The notes under the pieces are model-generated. The model made no database searches. It saw only the letters and a program-made list of their open reading frames with translations, and had not been told where the DNA came from. This document shows, piece after piece, positions 24,483 through 34,095 of a stretch of DNA of 34,095 nt. Source of the DNA: an uncultured Actinomycetes bacterium (GTDB lineage: Bacteria; Actinomycetota; Thermoleophilia; UBA2241); the NCBI GenBank assembly GCA_963755025.1, contig CAVWIH010000008.1, positions 1-34,095 on the forward strand, written 5' to 3'. Every line of letters begins with the position of its first letter. Position 1 is the first letter of the stretch. The translations under genes were made by a program, and so were the position numbers.

Positions 24483-25343
24483 TCAGGCGCCCGCGGCAGG
24501 AGCAATGGACATGCCGCTGTGGCGCAGGGCCAGGGCAAAGGCGTCGGCCAGCGATGCCTTGGTGGTGACCTCGCTGATGTCGACGCCGAGCTGCACGACG
24601 GTCTGGGCGATCTGCGGGCGGATGCCGCTGATGATGACCTCGGCGCCCATCAGGCGAGCGGCCGCGGCGGTGCGCAGCAGGTGCTGGGCGACGAGCGTGT
24701 CGACCGTGGGCACGCCGGTGATGTCGATGATGGCGATGGTCGAGTCGGTCTCGGCGATGGCGCCCAGCAGACTCTCCATGACGACCTGCGTGCGGGCGCT
24801 ATCGAGAGTGCCGATGAGCGGCAGGGCGAGGACCCCCTGCCACAGGCGCACGACCGGCGTGGAGAGCTCGAGCATCTCCTGCTGCTGGCGGCGGATGAGC
24901 GCGTCGCGGCTCGCCAGGAACGCTTCGACCGTGAACAGGCCGAGCTTGTCGAGCAGCGCACTGATCTGCCAGGTCTCCGCCAGGAGCGCTTTGGGGTCGG
25001 CGCCCTGCTCGCGGCTCAGGTGCTCGAAGAGCGGCTCTTTGAGCGAGAAGATGAAGGTCGCCGTCTCCGACGGCACGAAGCCCAGCGCTGCGTGCTCGGC
25101 GGAGAGGTTGCCCAGCAGGTCGCGCAGGTCGTCCCACGCCGCCCCCGACAGGGTAGCCAGGTCGCCGTCGGCCACCGCCAGCGCGAGCATGTCGAGGAAC
25201 CTGGCCGACTGGCGGCGCAACTCGCCCTCGCCGATCAGGTCGGAGCGCCGCGTCGGCGCCTGCAACTGCGCGGCGAGCCATTGCTCGAGCAGCTCGTCGC
25301 GACGGTCCTCGAGGATCGACTGCGTGAACGTGGTCTGCGCCAT
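24483..25343 (-). CDS. rsbR: Stressosome sensor RsbR (RsbRD_N globin-like domain plus STAS)
   Basis: AAGGAGGAG RBS, PSETATFIFSLK, ELSTPVVRLW, LPLIGTLDSARTQ, IIDITGVPTVDTLVAQHL (both phospho-Thr) and SGIRPQIAQT. Confidence 0.94.
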   Translation of the reverse strand: MAQTTFTQSILEDRRDELLEQWLAAQLQAPTRRSDLIGEGELRRQSARFLDMLALAVADGDLATLSGAAWDDLRDLLGNLSAEHAALGFVPSETATFIFSLKEPLFEHLSREQGADPKALLAETWQISALLDKLGLFTVEAFLASRDALIRRQQQEMLELSTPVVRLWQGVLALPLIGTLDSARTQVVMESLLGAIAETDSTIAIIDITGVPTVDTLVAQHLLRTAAAARLMGAEVIISGIRPQIAQTVVQLGVDISEVTTKASLADAFALALRHSGMSIAPAAGA

Positions 25344-25372
25344 TACTCCTCCTTGAAGGAATGAACTCCTGA

Positions 25373-25393
25373 GCCTCGCCCGCTCGGCGAGGC
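25373..25393. terminator. Hairpin between the giant phosphatase gene and rsbR
   Basis: GCCTCGCC-cgctc-GGCGAGGC lies 4 nt after the stop at 25398. Confidence 0.4.
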
Positions 25394-25397
25394 AACC

Positions 25398-28300
25398 CTA
25401 TCGCAGTTTTTGGGACACGAGACCGCGGCCGTTGCGGCCTTCGCCCGAGTCGCCCTCGGCGGGCGCGTCGTCGGCGCGACCGACGAAGCGCACGGCGAGG
25501 ATCTCGAGGTCGTCGCGCAGCGTCCCGCCGAACTCGACGGCAGCGTCGCGCAGGCCTTCGGCTACGTCCTGCACATCGCCCCGGGCGCTCTCGCGCAGGG
25601 CGCGCAGGACGCGCCGCTCGCCGAACAGGCCCCGTGTGCTGCGCGCCTCTGTGACGCCGTCGGTGTAGAGCACGAGCAGGTCGCCCACGGCGAGGCGTCC
25701 GCTGCCGACCGGGAACTCGTCGCCCCACACGCCGAGTGGCGGGGCGAACTGCGTCGGCAGGAAACCCACCTTCGCGCCGCTCATGTGAGCAGCCGGTGGG
25801 TGACCGGCGCTCGTGTAGCGGAACTCGCCCGAACGCAGGTCGATCGTCACCATGAACGCCGTGACGAACTGGTTGCGCGCCGCTTCGTGGCGCAGCAGCA
25901 GCTCGCTTGTCTTGTGCATGACGTAGTCGGGTGCGTGGTCGATAGCGGCAAAGGCGCGCACCGCAGTGCGTACGGTCTCGGTGAGGCCGGCGGCGCCGAG
26001 GCCTTTGCCGGTCACGTCGCCGACCAGCAGCACGACGTGGTCGTCGTCTGCCAGGAAGGCGTCGTGAAAGTCGCCGCCGACCAGGTCGGCTTCGTGGGCG
26101 GGCTGCGAGACCGCGGCGAACTGCAGGCCGCGGACCAGGGGCAGCGGGCGCAGCATGTTCTCCTGCAGCGTGAGGGCGGCGCGTTCGAGGTCGCCGGCCA
26201 GGCGCAGGTTGTCGAGGACGACCGTGATGATGCTGGCGCAGCGTCGGGCGAACTCGCGTTCGGGGGCATCGAAGGTGCGGGTCTGTTCACGCAGCCCGAA
26301 GAACAGTCCACCGGTCAGCCGGCCATTGTTCACCAGGGGGGCAAAGAGACAGGCGTGCAGGCGCCAAGCCTGCCTCCAGGCCGGGCTCACACGGGCGTCC
26401 GCCTGCCAGTCGGCCACCTGGGAAACGTCGAGGTTGCCCACCGGAGGCTCGGGCCAGCGGCCTGGTTCGCGCGTGAGGGCGGCAGGCGCCGCGTGCGCGG
26501 ACTGCAAAGGCGTCCACTGGCCCGCATCGAGGCGGGCGGCGAGGAACGAATCGCAACCCAGCGCGTCGACGGCGAGCTTGCCGGCGCCCTCGAGCGCCGC
26601 CGTCGGGTCGGTCGCGTCGGCCAGCTTCAGGCTGATGCGGCTGAGCGTGTCGGACAGGCGCTGCGATCGCACGTCGGCGGTGACGTCGATAGACGACAGC
26701 ACCAGCCCCTCGACCTGCCCTGAAGCGTTGGTGACCGGCTGGGCCATCCAGTCCCAGTAGGTCACGCCGCGGTCGGGCCGCGCCGGGAGTTCCATGGGAA
26801 GCGCGCTGAGCTCGACGGCGCGCGCGGCGTCGCGGGCGCGCTCGAGAAAGCGCCGCAGTCCCGCTTCGGGCATGGCCTCGAAGTAGTTGCGGCCGATGAG
26901 CCGGTCGCGCGTCACGCCCGTGTTGCGCTCGAACTGACGGTTGGCGACCCGGATGGTGAACTCGCGGTCGAGGTAGAGGGCGCCGGCCGGCGACCCCTCG
27001 AGGATCGCCGTCAGCGTCTGGTGCTCGTGGTCGGCGCGGGCTTGCGCCTCGCGCTGCTGGGTGACGTCGCTCACGATCACGCCGACCTGGCCGGCGACCG
27101 GGCGAAAGGCGGCGATCTCGAACCAGCGTTCGAACACCTTTGAGTGGCGGCAGTAGCGCACCGGGGTGCCGCTGTCGGCGACCTCGCCGAGGACCGTGGC
27201 CCAGGCTGGGTCGAGTCCCCGGATGGCGTCTGAAGCCAGCTGGCCGACCAGCCGGGCACGATCGGAGCTCATGAGCTCCTCGAACGCCCTGTTGACTTCG
27301 AGAAAGCGATAGTCGCTGGGCGTGCCCTCGCCGTCGCGCACGATCTCGGCCAGGTAGAAGCCGTCCTGCAGGTTCTCGAACAGGGCGCGCAGGCGAGCGT
27401 CTCTCTCGCGAAGCTCGCTTTCGGCCAGCTTGCGCTCGGTGACGTCGTGGCCTACCACGAACGCCCCGTCGACCACGCCGGCCGTCTTGGTGAGCGTGGT
27501 GTTCAGGACGACGTCGCGCAGACGTCCGTCCTTTGTCTTGAAGCGATACTCGACCGAGTCTGCGATCGATTCGCCGGCGAGCCCGCGGCGGATCCTCTCT
27601 GCGAATACGGCCTGGCTTTCGGCGTCGAGCAGGTCGAACGGGTCCATGGCGAGCAGCTCTTCGCGCGTGTAGCCGCTCATCGTGCACATCGCGTCGTTGA
27701 CGGTCTTGAAGCGAGGCCCGCGGAAATCGATCTCGTAGATGCCCGTCGGGGCGTAGCGGATCAGGTCGTGCGACTTCGCCTCGGCGTCGCGCAGCGCCTC
27801 CTCGGCGCGCTTTATGGCGGTGAGGTCGACCGTCGCGCTGCTGACGCCGACGACCTCTCCCGCCTCGTCGCGCAGGGGCTCCCACGTGATGTCGAGAAAG
27901 ATAGGGCCGCCCGCGCGCTCGAGCCACATCTGCTCACGCAGCTCGACGCCTTCGTCGAGGACGCGGCGCTTGATGTCGCCGACGCGCTCGGCCTCGGCGG
28001 CCGTAAAGATCTCGCGGTCGGTCTTGCCGATGATCTCGTCGTGCTCGGCGGTGCGCTGGTTGTAGGCCCAGACGTAGCGCAGCTCGCGGTCCTGGAGCGC
28101 CACCGAGACGGGCGCGTGGCGCAGCGCCAGGCGAAAGCGGGCCTCGCTGTCGCGCAGCTCGCCTTCGGCCCGCTTGCGCTCGCTGATGTCGCGCACGACG
28201 CTCACCAGCGTGCGCCGTCCGCCGACGGTCGCACCCCGCGAGCTCACTTCGACCGGGAAGGTGCTGCCGTCCTTGCGGCGGTGGAGGCTCTCGAACAGGA

Positions 28301-29723
28301 TGCCCCGCTCGTCGGCCTCGGTCATCTGGTGAGGCGATCTCGGCCTCGGTCTCGACTGCTCGCAGGTCGGTGACGGTCAGCTCCAGGAGCTCGTCGCGCG
28401 TGTAGCCGTAGGCGCGCTCGGCCGCCGCGTTGGCTTCGATGATGCGCCCGTCGCGGTCCATGAAGAGGATGATGTCGCGGCTGTTGGCCGCCAGGAGCTC
28501 GAAGCGACCGAGCATCTCCTCAGCCCGCTTGCGCGCGGTGACGTCGCGTACCGCCACAACGCGCACCATCCGCCCCTGCAGGCTGAATACTCTTCCGGTC
28601 ATCTCGACGGCGAAGGTCGTCCCGTCTTTGCGGCGGTGCAGGCGGAACGGCACGGCTACGTTCTCGCCGACCTCCGCCGACCTGCGTCGTCGAGCGTGTC
28701 AGCTCGGGTTCGGCGGACAGGTCGAGGTCGGTCAGGCCGAGCAGTTCCTCGATCGTGTAGCCGTACGCGGCGGCCGCCGCCGCGTTGGCCTCGAGCAGGC
28801 GTCCGCTCTCGTGGTCGATGAGAAGGATCGCGTCGGATTCGCTCTGGAACAGCTGCCGGTAGCGCTCTTCGCTGTCGCGCAGCGCGCCAAGTAGCTGGTC
28901 GCGCTCCAGCTCGCCGCGCTTGCGCTCGGTGATGTCGTTGAAGTAGGCGCTGATGCCGCTGATGGTCGGGTAGATGCGTATCTCGCGCCAGCTGTCGTCG
29001 AAGATCGAGGGGAGTTCGCTCACGGAGGGCCGGCCGAGCTCCATGGCCTGCCGGTAGAGCTCGCGCAAGCGGGGCGGTCTGCAGCTCCGGGAACACCTCC
29101 CAGGGCGTGCGGCCGAGGAGTTGCTCGAGGGTCTTGCTCGAGAGGTGGAGCGCCGCCTGATTGGCGTGCACGTAGCGGTACTCCCAGTCCAGGGCGATGA
29201 AGCCCTCCTCGAGCTCGTCGAGCATGGCGCGTGTGCGGGCGCCGCCGCCGGTGCGCGGGTCGGTGAGCTCATCGTCACGGGGTGAGGCCTCGCAGCGCGG
29301 CTGGGCGCGGCGCGTCATGCGCACCTCGAGCCCGCCGTCGACGGTCAGTTCGAGCGAGTCCATGAGCTTGGCGACGATGTAGAGGCCGCGGCCGTGGTCG
29401 GACATGAGGTCGGGGAGCGCATAGCAATCGAAGCTCGCAAGGTCGAAGCCGCGACCCTGGTCTTTGACCTCGGCGACCAGGTCGCCGTCGACGAAGCGCA
29501 GTGAGACCTCGATGTCGCGGTCGCTGCCGCTGTGGCGGATGGCGTTGGTGGCGGCCTCCTCGACGCAGAGCACGACGTCGTCGATCGCCTGGGGCTCGGT
29601 GCAGTACTGGCGCAGATAGTCGCGAATGCGGTCGCGGGCGCGCAGCAGGTGCGAAGGCCGAGGAGGCACGTGGAACTGCAGGCGCGGTGGCGCGGCCGTC
29701 GGGTCTATGGTGCCATGCGACAA
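25398..29723 (-). CDS. ~1440-aa signalling protein: RsbW-like HATPase - ~7 PAS/PAC - GAF - SpoIIE/PP2C phosphatase; three apparent frameshifts (~29070, ~28675, ~28330)
   Basis: ORFs 28656-29723, 28520-29278, 27934-28653 and 25398-28325 hand over mid-domain. N-terminal EAATNAIRH/DQGRG/HGRGL, repeated DITERK-type PAC ends, and C-terminal VGGDFHD, GDVTGKG, SAGHPP, LYTDGVTEA and DDL. TTG start follows AGAGGAG. Confidence 0.8.
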
Positions 29724-29765
29724 CTGACTCCTCTGCAGGCGGTCACTGAGGCCGGGTGGGGGCCA

Positions 29766-29795
29766 ATTCTACGGCGTCTGTGCGGGGAGTATCGA
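29766..29795 (-). promoter_or_regulatory. Possible promoter TCGATA-N18-TAGAAT for the phosphatase-stressosome operon
   Basis: -10 TAGAAT at 29766-29771, ~40 nt upstream of TTG 29723. The -35 match is weak. Confidence 0.45.
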
Positions 29796-29830
29796 ACGTT
29801 GCGGCCAAAGGCGAGCGGCGCGCTCGCCGC

Positions 29831-30184
29831 TCACGCGACGCTCGTCGACCGGACTGCGGCCAGTGCCTCGTCGAGCGTGGGGCAGATGACGAACAGGCGC
29901 TCCAGGCCGGCGACCTGCAGCAGGCGCAGGACATTGCCGAGCCCGCAGACGATGACGAGCTTGCCTCGCGCAAGTCGCTTGCTGCCGGCAACGAGGACGC
30001 TCAGCGCCGTCGAGTCGATAAAGGTGACCTTGGAGAAGTCGACGACGACGTGGCGAGCGCCCTGGTCGATGCACCGTTGCAGCGCCTCATCGAACCGCGG
30101 CGCGGTGAAGAGATCGACTTCTCCAGCGAGGGTGACGACGGCAAGGCCGTCGGGGCGCTGGGCGGACTCTGCCCGAAACTCCAA
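29831..30184 (-). CDS. rsbV: STAS anti-sigma factor antagonist (RsbV/SpoIIAA-like), 117 aa
   Basis: AGGAG RBS precedes TTG 30184. VVTLAGEVDLFTAP, VVVDFSKVTFIDSTALSVL (phospho-Ser) and LLQVAGL. Confidence 0.85.
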   Translation of the reverse strand: MEFRAESAQRPDGLAVVTLAGEVDLFTAPRFDEALQRCIDQGARHVVVDFSKVTFIDSTALSVLVAGSKRLARGKLVIVCGLGNVLRLLQVAGLERLFVICPTLDEALAAVRSTSVA

Positions 30185-30280
30185 CTCCGTCTCCTGACAG
30201 GCGCCGTTGCCGCAGAGTACACCCTCTGGCGTTGCGGCGACGTCGAGCGTCAAGAATTCTGGTCGGCGTGGGTGAAACTG

Positions 30281-31879
30281 TCAACCGATGCGGACCGTGG
30301 CGTCGCCGCCGTCGCGGAGTCTCACCATGCGAAACGAATTGACGAGGCCCAGAAGACCGGCGATGAGGGGCACGAGCAGGGCCACTTGCAGCGCGATGTG
30401 CCGGGCTTCGGTGTTGATGCGCACGATCTCGTTCTGGATCGCCGCGGGCTGATCGGCGAGCTGCTGGCGGAGCTGGGTGTTGCTCATGATCTCGGCGTCG
30501 TGCTCGAGGTGGGTGGCGACCTGCTGCTGCTGGGCCGGCGGCAGCACCGTGCTCGACTGCGCCATGTCGGTGAAGGTCAGCGAGAGCACGGCCAGCATGA
30601 TGGCGCCGGCGAAGGCGAGCCCGAACGACAGCCCGAACGAGCCCGCCGCCGAGTTCACGCCGGCGGCCTCGCTGGCGCGCTCCTCCGAGACGGGCGAGAG
30701 CGTGTAGTTGTTGAGCTGCGACACCAGCAGACCGAGCCCGGAGCCGGCGATCAGCAGGGGGGCGACAAGGTACCAACCGGAGCTCGCCCGCGGGACGATC
30801 GGGATCAGGAGCGGCGATGCCCACGGTGAGCAGGGCGAAGCCGGCCCTCACGATGCCGGCCGGGCGCCGCTTGCCGGCCCGCTTGCCGGCAAGCAGCGCC
30901 ACCCCGAACATGCTGAGCGAGAGCGGGGCGAGCGACAGGCCGGCCTGCATGGCGTTGTACTCGAGCACCATCTGCAGGTAGATCGGCAGGGCGATGATGG
31001 TGCCGCCCAGCGCGATCTGCTGGAGCATCTGCTGCGAGATGCCCAGCCGGAAGGTCTTGAGCCCGAACAGGTGAGGGTCGATCAGCGTCGGCTTGCCGCG
31101 CGCGGTCGCGCCGCCGCAGCCAGAAGACCAGGGCGGCGAGCGCCACGGCGCCGAGCACCAGGAGGGCGACCACCGAGTCGCCGCCCTCCTGCCACACCAG
31201 GATGCCGAGCACGATGCCGCCCATGCCCAGGACCGAGAGGATGGCGCCGACCACGTCGATCTGGCGGGACCCGGTGTACGGCACGTCGCGGACGAGCCCG
31301 ATGCCCGGACAGGACGACCACGATGATCACGTCCTCGAGCAGAAAGCCGATGCGCCACGACAGGTAGGTGGTGATGAAGCCGCCGAGCAGCGGGCCGACC
31401 GCCGTGGCGACCGCGGCCGCGGCCCCGACCAGCGCGTAGGCCTTGCGCCGCGCCGCGCCCTCGAAGTTGCCGTGGATGAGCGACTGCATGGCCGGCAGCA
31501 GCAGCGAGGCGCCGAGTCCGCCGATGATCGCCCAGAAGACGATGATCGCGGTCAGGCCCTGAGCCAGGGTCATCGCCGCGGCGCCGACGGCGTAGCCGAG
31601 CAGGCCCAGCACGTAGGCCCGTTTGCGCCCGATGAGGTCGCCGATCTTGCTGCCGATCAGGATGAAGGCGGCCGAGACCAGCGCCTCGAGGGCGATCGCC
31701 GACTGCACGCCGCTGACCGTCGTGCCCAGGTCGTGCACGACGGCGGCGATCGACACGTTCATGAGCGAGGTGTCGACGACGAGCACGAACATCGCCATCG
31801 ACAGCAGAAGGGCGAGACGCCGGTTGGGCTTCGCCCCGGCTGAGACGCTGGGGGTCGCGGTACCCGTCGCCTCTGTCAT
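30281..31879 (-). CDS. MFS transporter (DHA2/14-TMS-like); three apparent frameshifts (~31305, ~31105, ~30812)
   Basis: AAGGGAG RBS precedes ATG 31879. VVDTSLMNVSI, GSKIGDLIGRKR (motif A), GPLLGG, SWRIGF, PTLIDPHLF, LPIYLQMVL and SEAAGVNS are spread across four consecutive frames. Confidence 0.85.
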
Positions 31880-32161
31880 CGGCGCTCCCTTCGTTCGCCA
31901 AGTGGCGCGGGGCTGTGATACCCAAGGCTGCCTTCGCCCACGCCAATGCAGGTCGTGCCGACCGTCTGCCGGCGGGTCCCGCGCGAGGCTTGCGGACGGC
32001 GCCGGGCAACGTGTGTAACGGGATGCCGGCTCGGCAAGACTGGGCTCGAGCATCGACCATGCGCTTCTGGTCGACGTGAGCGGACCGGCCGCCCGGCGAT
32101 GCGCAGGCGCCAGACACCGAGGGCGGCGGGCTCCGAGACCGAAGAGAGAGGGGGCCTGCAC

Positions 32162-33547
32162 GTGACGTCCGGCGACTCCAGCGTGCCTTCACTGCGCCGC
32201 CGCGCGCTCGCCCTGCTCGCGCTGCTGGCGACGGCCGTCCTGGTCGTGGAGGTCATCGTCTTTGTCGCGCGCAACGTCGCCTGGCTCGTCGTCGCCCTGA
32301 TCGGCCTGGCGGCGGTGGTAGCCGGCGTCTGGTGGCTGCTCACCGAGCGTATGCCGCGCCGGGCGGTCGGAATCGCGGGTCTGGTCGGCGGCGCCGCTCT
32401 CATCGGGGTGGCCATCTTTCGCGTCGTGGAGGGCTCAGAGGGCCCCATCGTGCGGATCGCGGCTGCCGGGGTTGCGCTGGCGGTGGCGGCCCTGGCCGCG
32501 CGGGCCGCTCTGGCGCCCGACCTGCGCGAGCTCGACCGGCTGCGCTCGGCAACCCGCGTTCGCCCGCGCAAGCCGGTGCTGCTGTGCAACCCGTGGTCGG
32601 GCGGCGGCAAGGTCGCCAGATTCGGCCTGGCCGAGATCGCCGCCGAGATGGGCGTCGAGACGGTCTTCCTGGACAAGGGCCTCGACCTCGCCGCCCTGGC
32701 GCGCGACGCCATCGCCCGCGGCGCCGACTGCCTGGGCATGGCCGGCGGCGACGGCTCGCAGGCGCTCGTCGCCTCGATCGCTCACGAGTGCGGCATCCCG
32801 TTCGTCTGCATCTCCGCCGGCACGCGCAACCACTTCGCCCAGGACCTGGGCTTCGACAAGGAAGACCCGCGCAAGGGCATGATCGCCTTTCGCGACGGCG
32901 TCGAGCGCTTCATCGACTTCGCGACGGTAGGCGACCGCCTGTTCGTGAACAACGTCTCGCTGGGGGTCTACGCCACGATCGTGCAGCAGGACAGCTACCG
33001 CGACGCCAAGCTCGAGACCTCGAGGGAGCTGCTCCCCGAGATGCTGGGCAGCCGCGCCGAACCGTTCGACCTGCAGTTCACCACACCCGATGGCGAGCAG
33101 GTCGACGATTCGTTCAGCATCATGGTGTCGAACAACCCCTACGTGCTGGGACCGTCGCTCGACGTCTCCCAGCGGCGCCGCATGGACTCGGGCCTGCTGG
33201 GGGTCTTCGCGGTGAACGCCACCAGCGGCAGCGAAGCCGCCGCCGCGGTCACCCGCAGCGCGCTCGGTCTGGGGAGCCGCGACCCCCATCTGCACCAGTT
33301 CACCGCCGCGTCTTTCGAGGTGCGCTCACGGGGTGGCAAGGCCTATGCCGGCATCGACGGCGAGGCCCTCGAGCTCGAGACGCCGCTCGAGTTTCGCAGC
33401 CACCCGGGCGCCCTGCGCATGCTCGTGCCCGACGACGTCCTGCTTGCCTCCGCGCAACGGCGCACGCGAGCCTTCAGCCCTCGCCGGCTCGCCGACGTCG
33501 CCTTGGGCCGCCCGGCGAGCGACGACGGCGCCCGCGCGGCAACATGA
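32162..33547 (+). CDS. Diacylglycerol/lipid kinase family protein with N-terminal membrane domain
   Basis: About 4 N-terminal TM helices, NPWSGGGK, AGGDGS, AGTRNHFAQDLG, FVNNVSLG and GIDGEA. Confidence 0.88.
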   Translation: MTSGDSSVPSLRRRALALLALLATAVLVVEVIVFVARNVAWLVVALIGLAAVVAGVWWLLTERMPRRAVGIAGLVGGAALIGVAIFRVVEGSEGPIVRIAAAGVALAVAALAARAALAPDLRELDRLRSATRVRPRKPVLLCNPWSGGGKVARFGLAEIAAEMGVETVFLDKGLDLAALARDAIARGADCLGMAGGDGSQALVASIAHECGIPFVCISAGTRNHFAQDLGFDKEDPRKGMIAFRDGVERFIDFATVGDRLFVNNVSLGVYATIVQQDSYRDAKLETSRELLPEMLGSRAEPFDLQFTTPDGEQVDDSFSIMVSNNPYVLGPSLDVSQRRRMDSGLLGVFAVNATSGSEAAAAVTRSALGLGSRDPHLHQFTAASFEVRSRGGKAYAGIDGEALELETPLEFRSHPGALRMLVPDDVLLASAQRRTRAFSPRRLADVALGRPASDDGARAAT

Positions 33548-34095
33548 CGTCGGCCACGCCCGGCCGCTTCGAGCGCTGGGTGCCCGGCGTGCAGGTGGCG
33601 CGCACCTACGAGCGGCGGTGGCTGCGCGCCGACCTCGTGGCCGGCGTGGTGCTGGCCGCCATCCTCGTGCCCCAGGGCATGGCTTACGCCGAGCTCGCCG
33701 GGCTGCCGCCCGTCACTGGCCTCTACACGACGATCGCCTGCCTGGTCGCCTACGCCGTCTTCGGACCTTCGCGCGTGCTCGTCCTCGGCCCCGACTCGTC
33801 GGTGTCGCCGCTGATCTTCGCCGCCATCATCCCGTTGCTGGCCGGTGGCGACACCGCCACGGCGATCGCCCTCGCCGGCATGTTGGCGCTCTTCGTCGGC
33901 CTCATCGAGATCGGTCTCGGCCTGGGCAAGCTCGGCTTTGTCGCCGACCTGCTCTCCAAAGAGGTGCAGGTCGGCTACATGAACGGCCTCGGCATCACGA
34001 TCGTCGTCGGCCAGCTGCCCAAGCTGTTCGGTTTCTCGACCGACGCCAGCGGCTTCATCGGCGAGGTGCGCGCGTTCTTCAGAGGGCTCGACAAG
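33544..34095 (+). CDS. sulP: SulP/SLC26 family anion transporter (partial, runs off the window)
   Basis: ATG overlaps the DAGK stop (ATGA). Own translation gives WLRADLVAGVVLAAILVPQGMAYAELAGLPPVTGLY...VFGPSRVLVLGP. Absent from the ORF track because it has no stop in the window. Confidence 0.92.
   Translation, partial: MTSATPGRFERWVPGVQVARTYERRWLRADLVAGVVLAAILVPQGMAYAELAGLPPVTGLYTTIACLVAYAVFGPSRVLVLGPDSSVSPLIFAAIIPLLAGGDTATAIALAGMLALFVGLIEIGLGLGKLGFVADLLSKEVQVGYMNGLGITIVVGQLPKLFGFSTDASGFIGEVRAFFRGLDK

Overview
Very GC-rich bacterial DNA. Gene content, codon style and TANNNT promoters point to Actinomycetota, probably an anaerobic Thermoleophilia-like lineage (inference only). From left to right the window holds: tRNA-Arg(ACG) and tRNA-Ser(GCT); an M20 peptidase; a small 8-Cys protein; a Wood-Ljungdahl corrinoid/Fe-S module (50-aa leader ORF-acsD-acsC-acsV/RACo-cooC) with no acsA/acsB/acsE in view; enolase-like, ferritin-like, RDD, membrane and C45 Ntn-hydrolase genes; two paralogous GNAT genes; and CAP, cupredoxin and NHL-propeller exported proteins. 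A ~12 kb signalling island follows. It contains an RpoD-like sigma factor with an altered region 2.3, two stand-alone RsbW-like ATPases, a response regulator and histidine kinase, a complete rsbR-S-T-X stressosome, a ~1440-aa RsbW-PASx7-GAF-PP2C protein and RsbV. The window ends with MFS, DAG-kinase-family and partial SulP genes. The most interesting items are the stressosome/partner-switching island sitting beside a group-1/2-type sigma rather than SigB, and a ~225-nt highly structured non-coding element inside it (20420-20645), possibly an orphan IS110 bridge-RNA-like element or a cis-regulatory RNA. About 12 apparent single-base frameshifts suggest uncorrected long-read errors. All calls come from reading the sequence; no searches were run.
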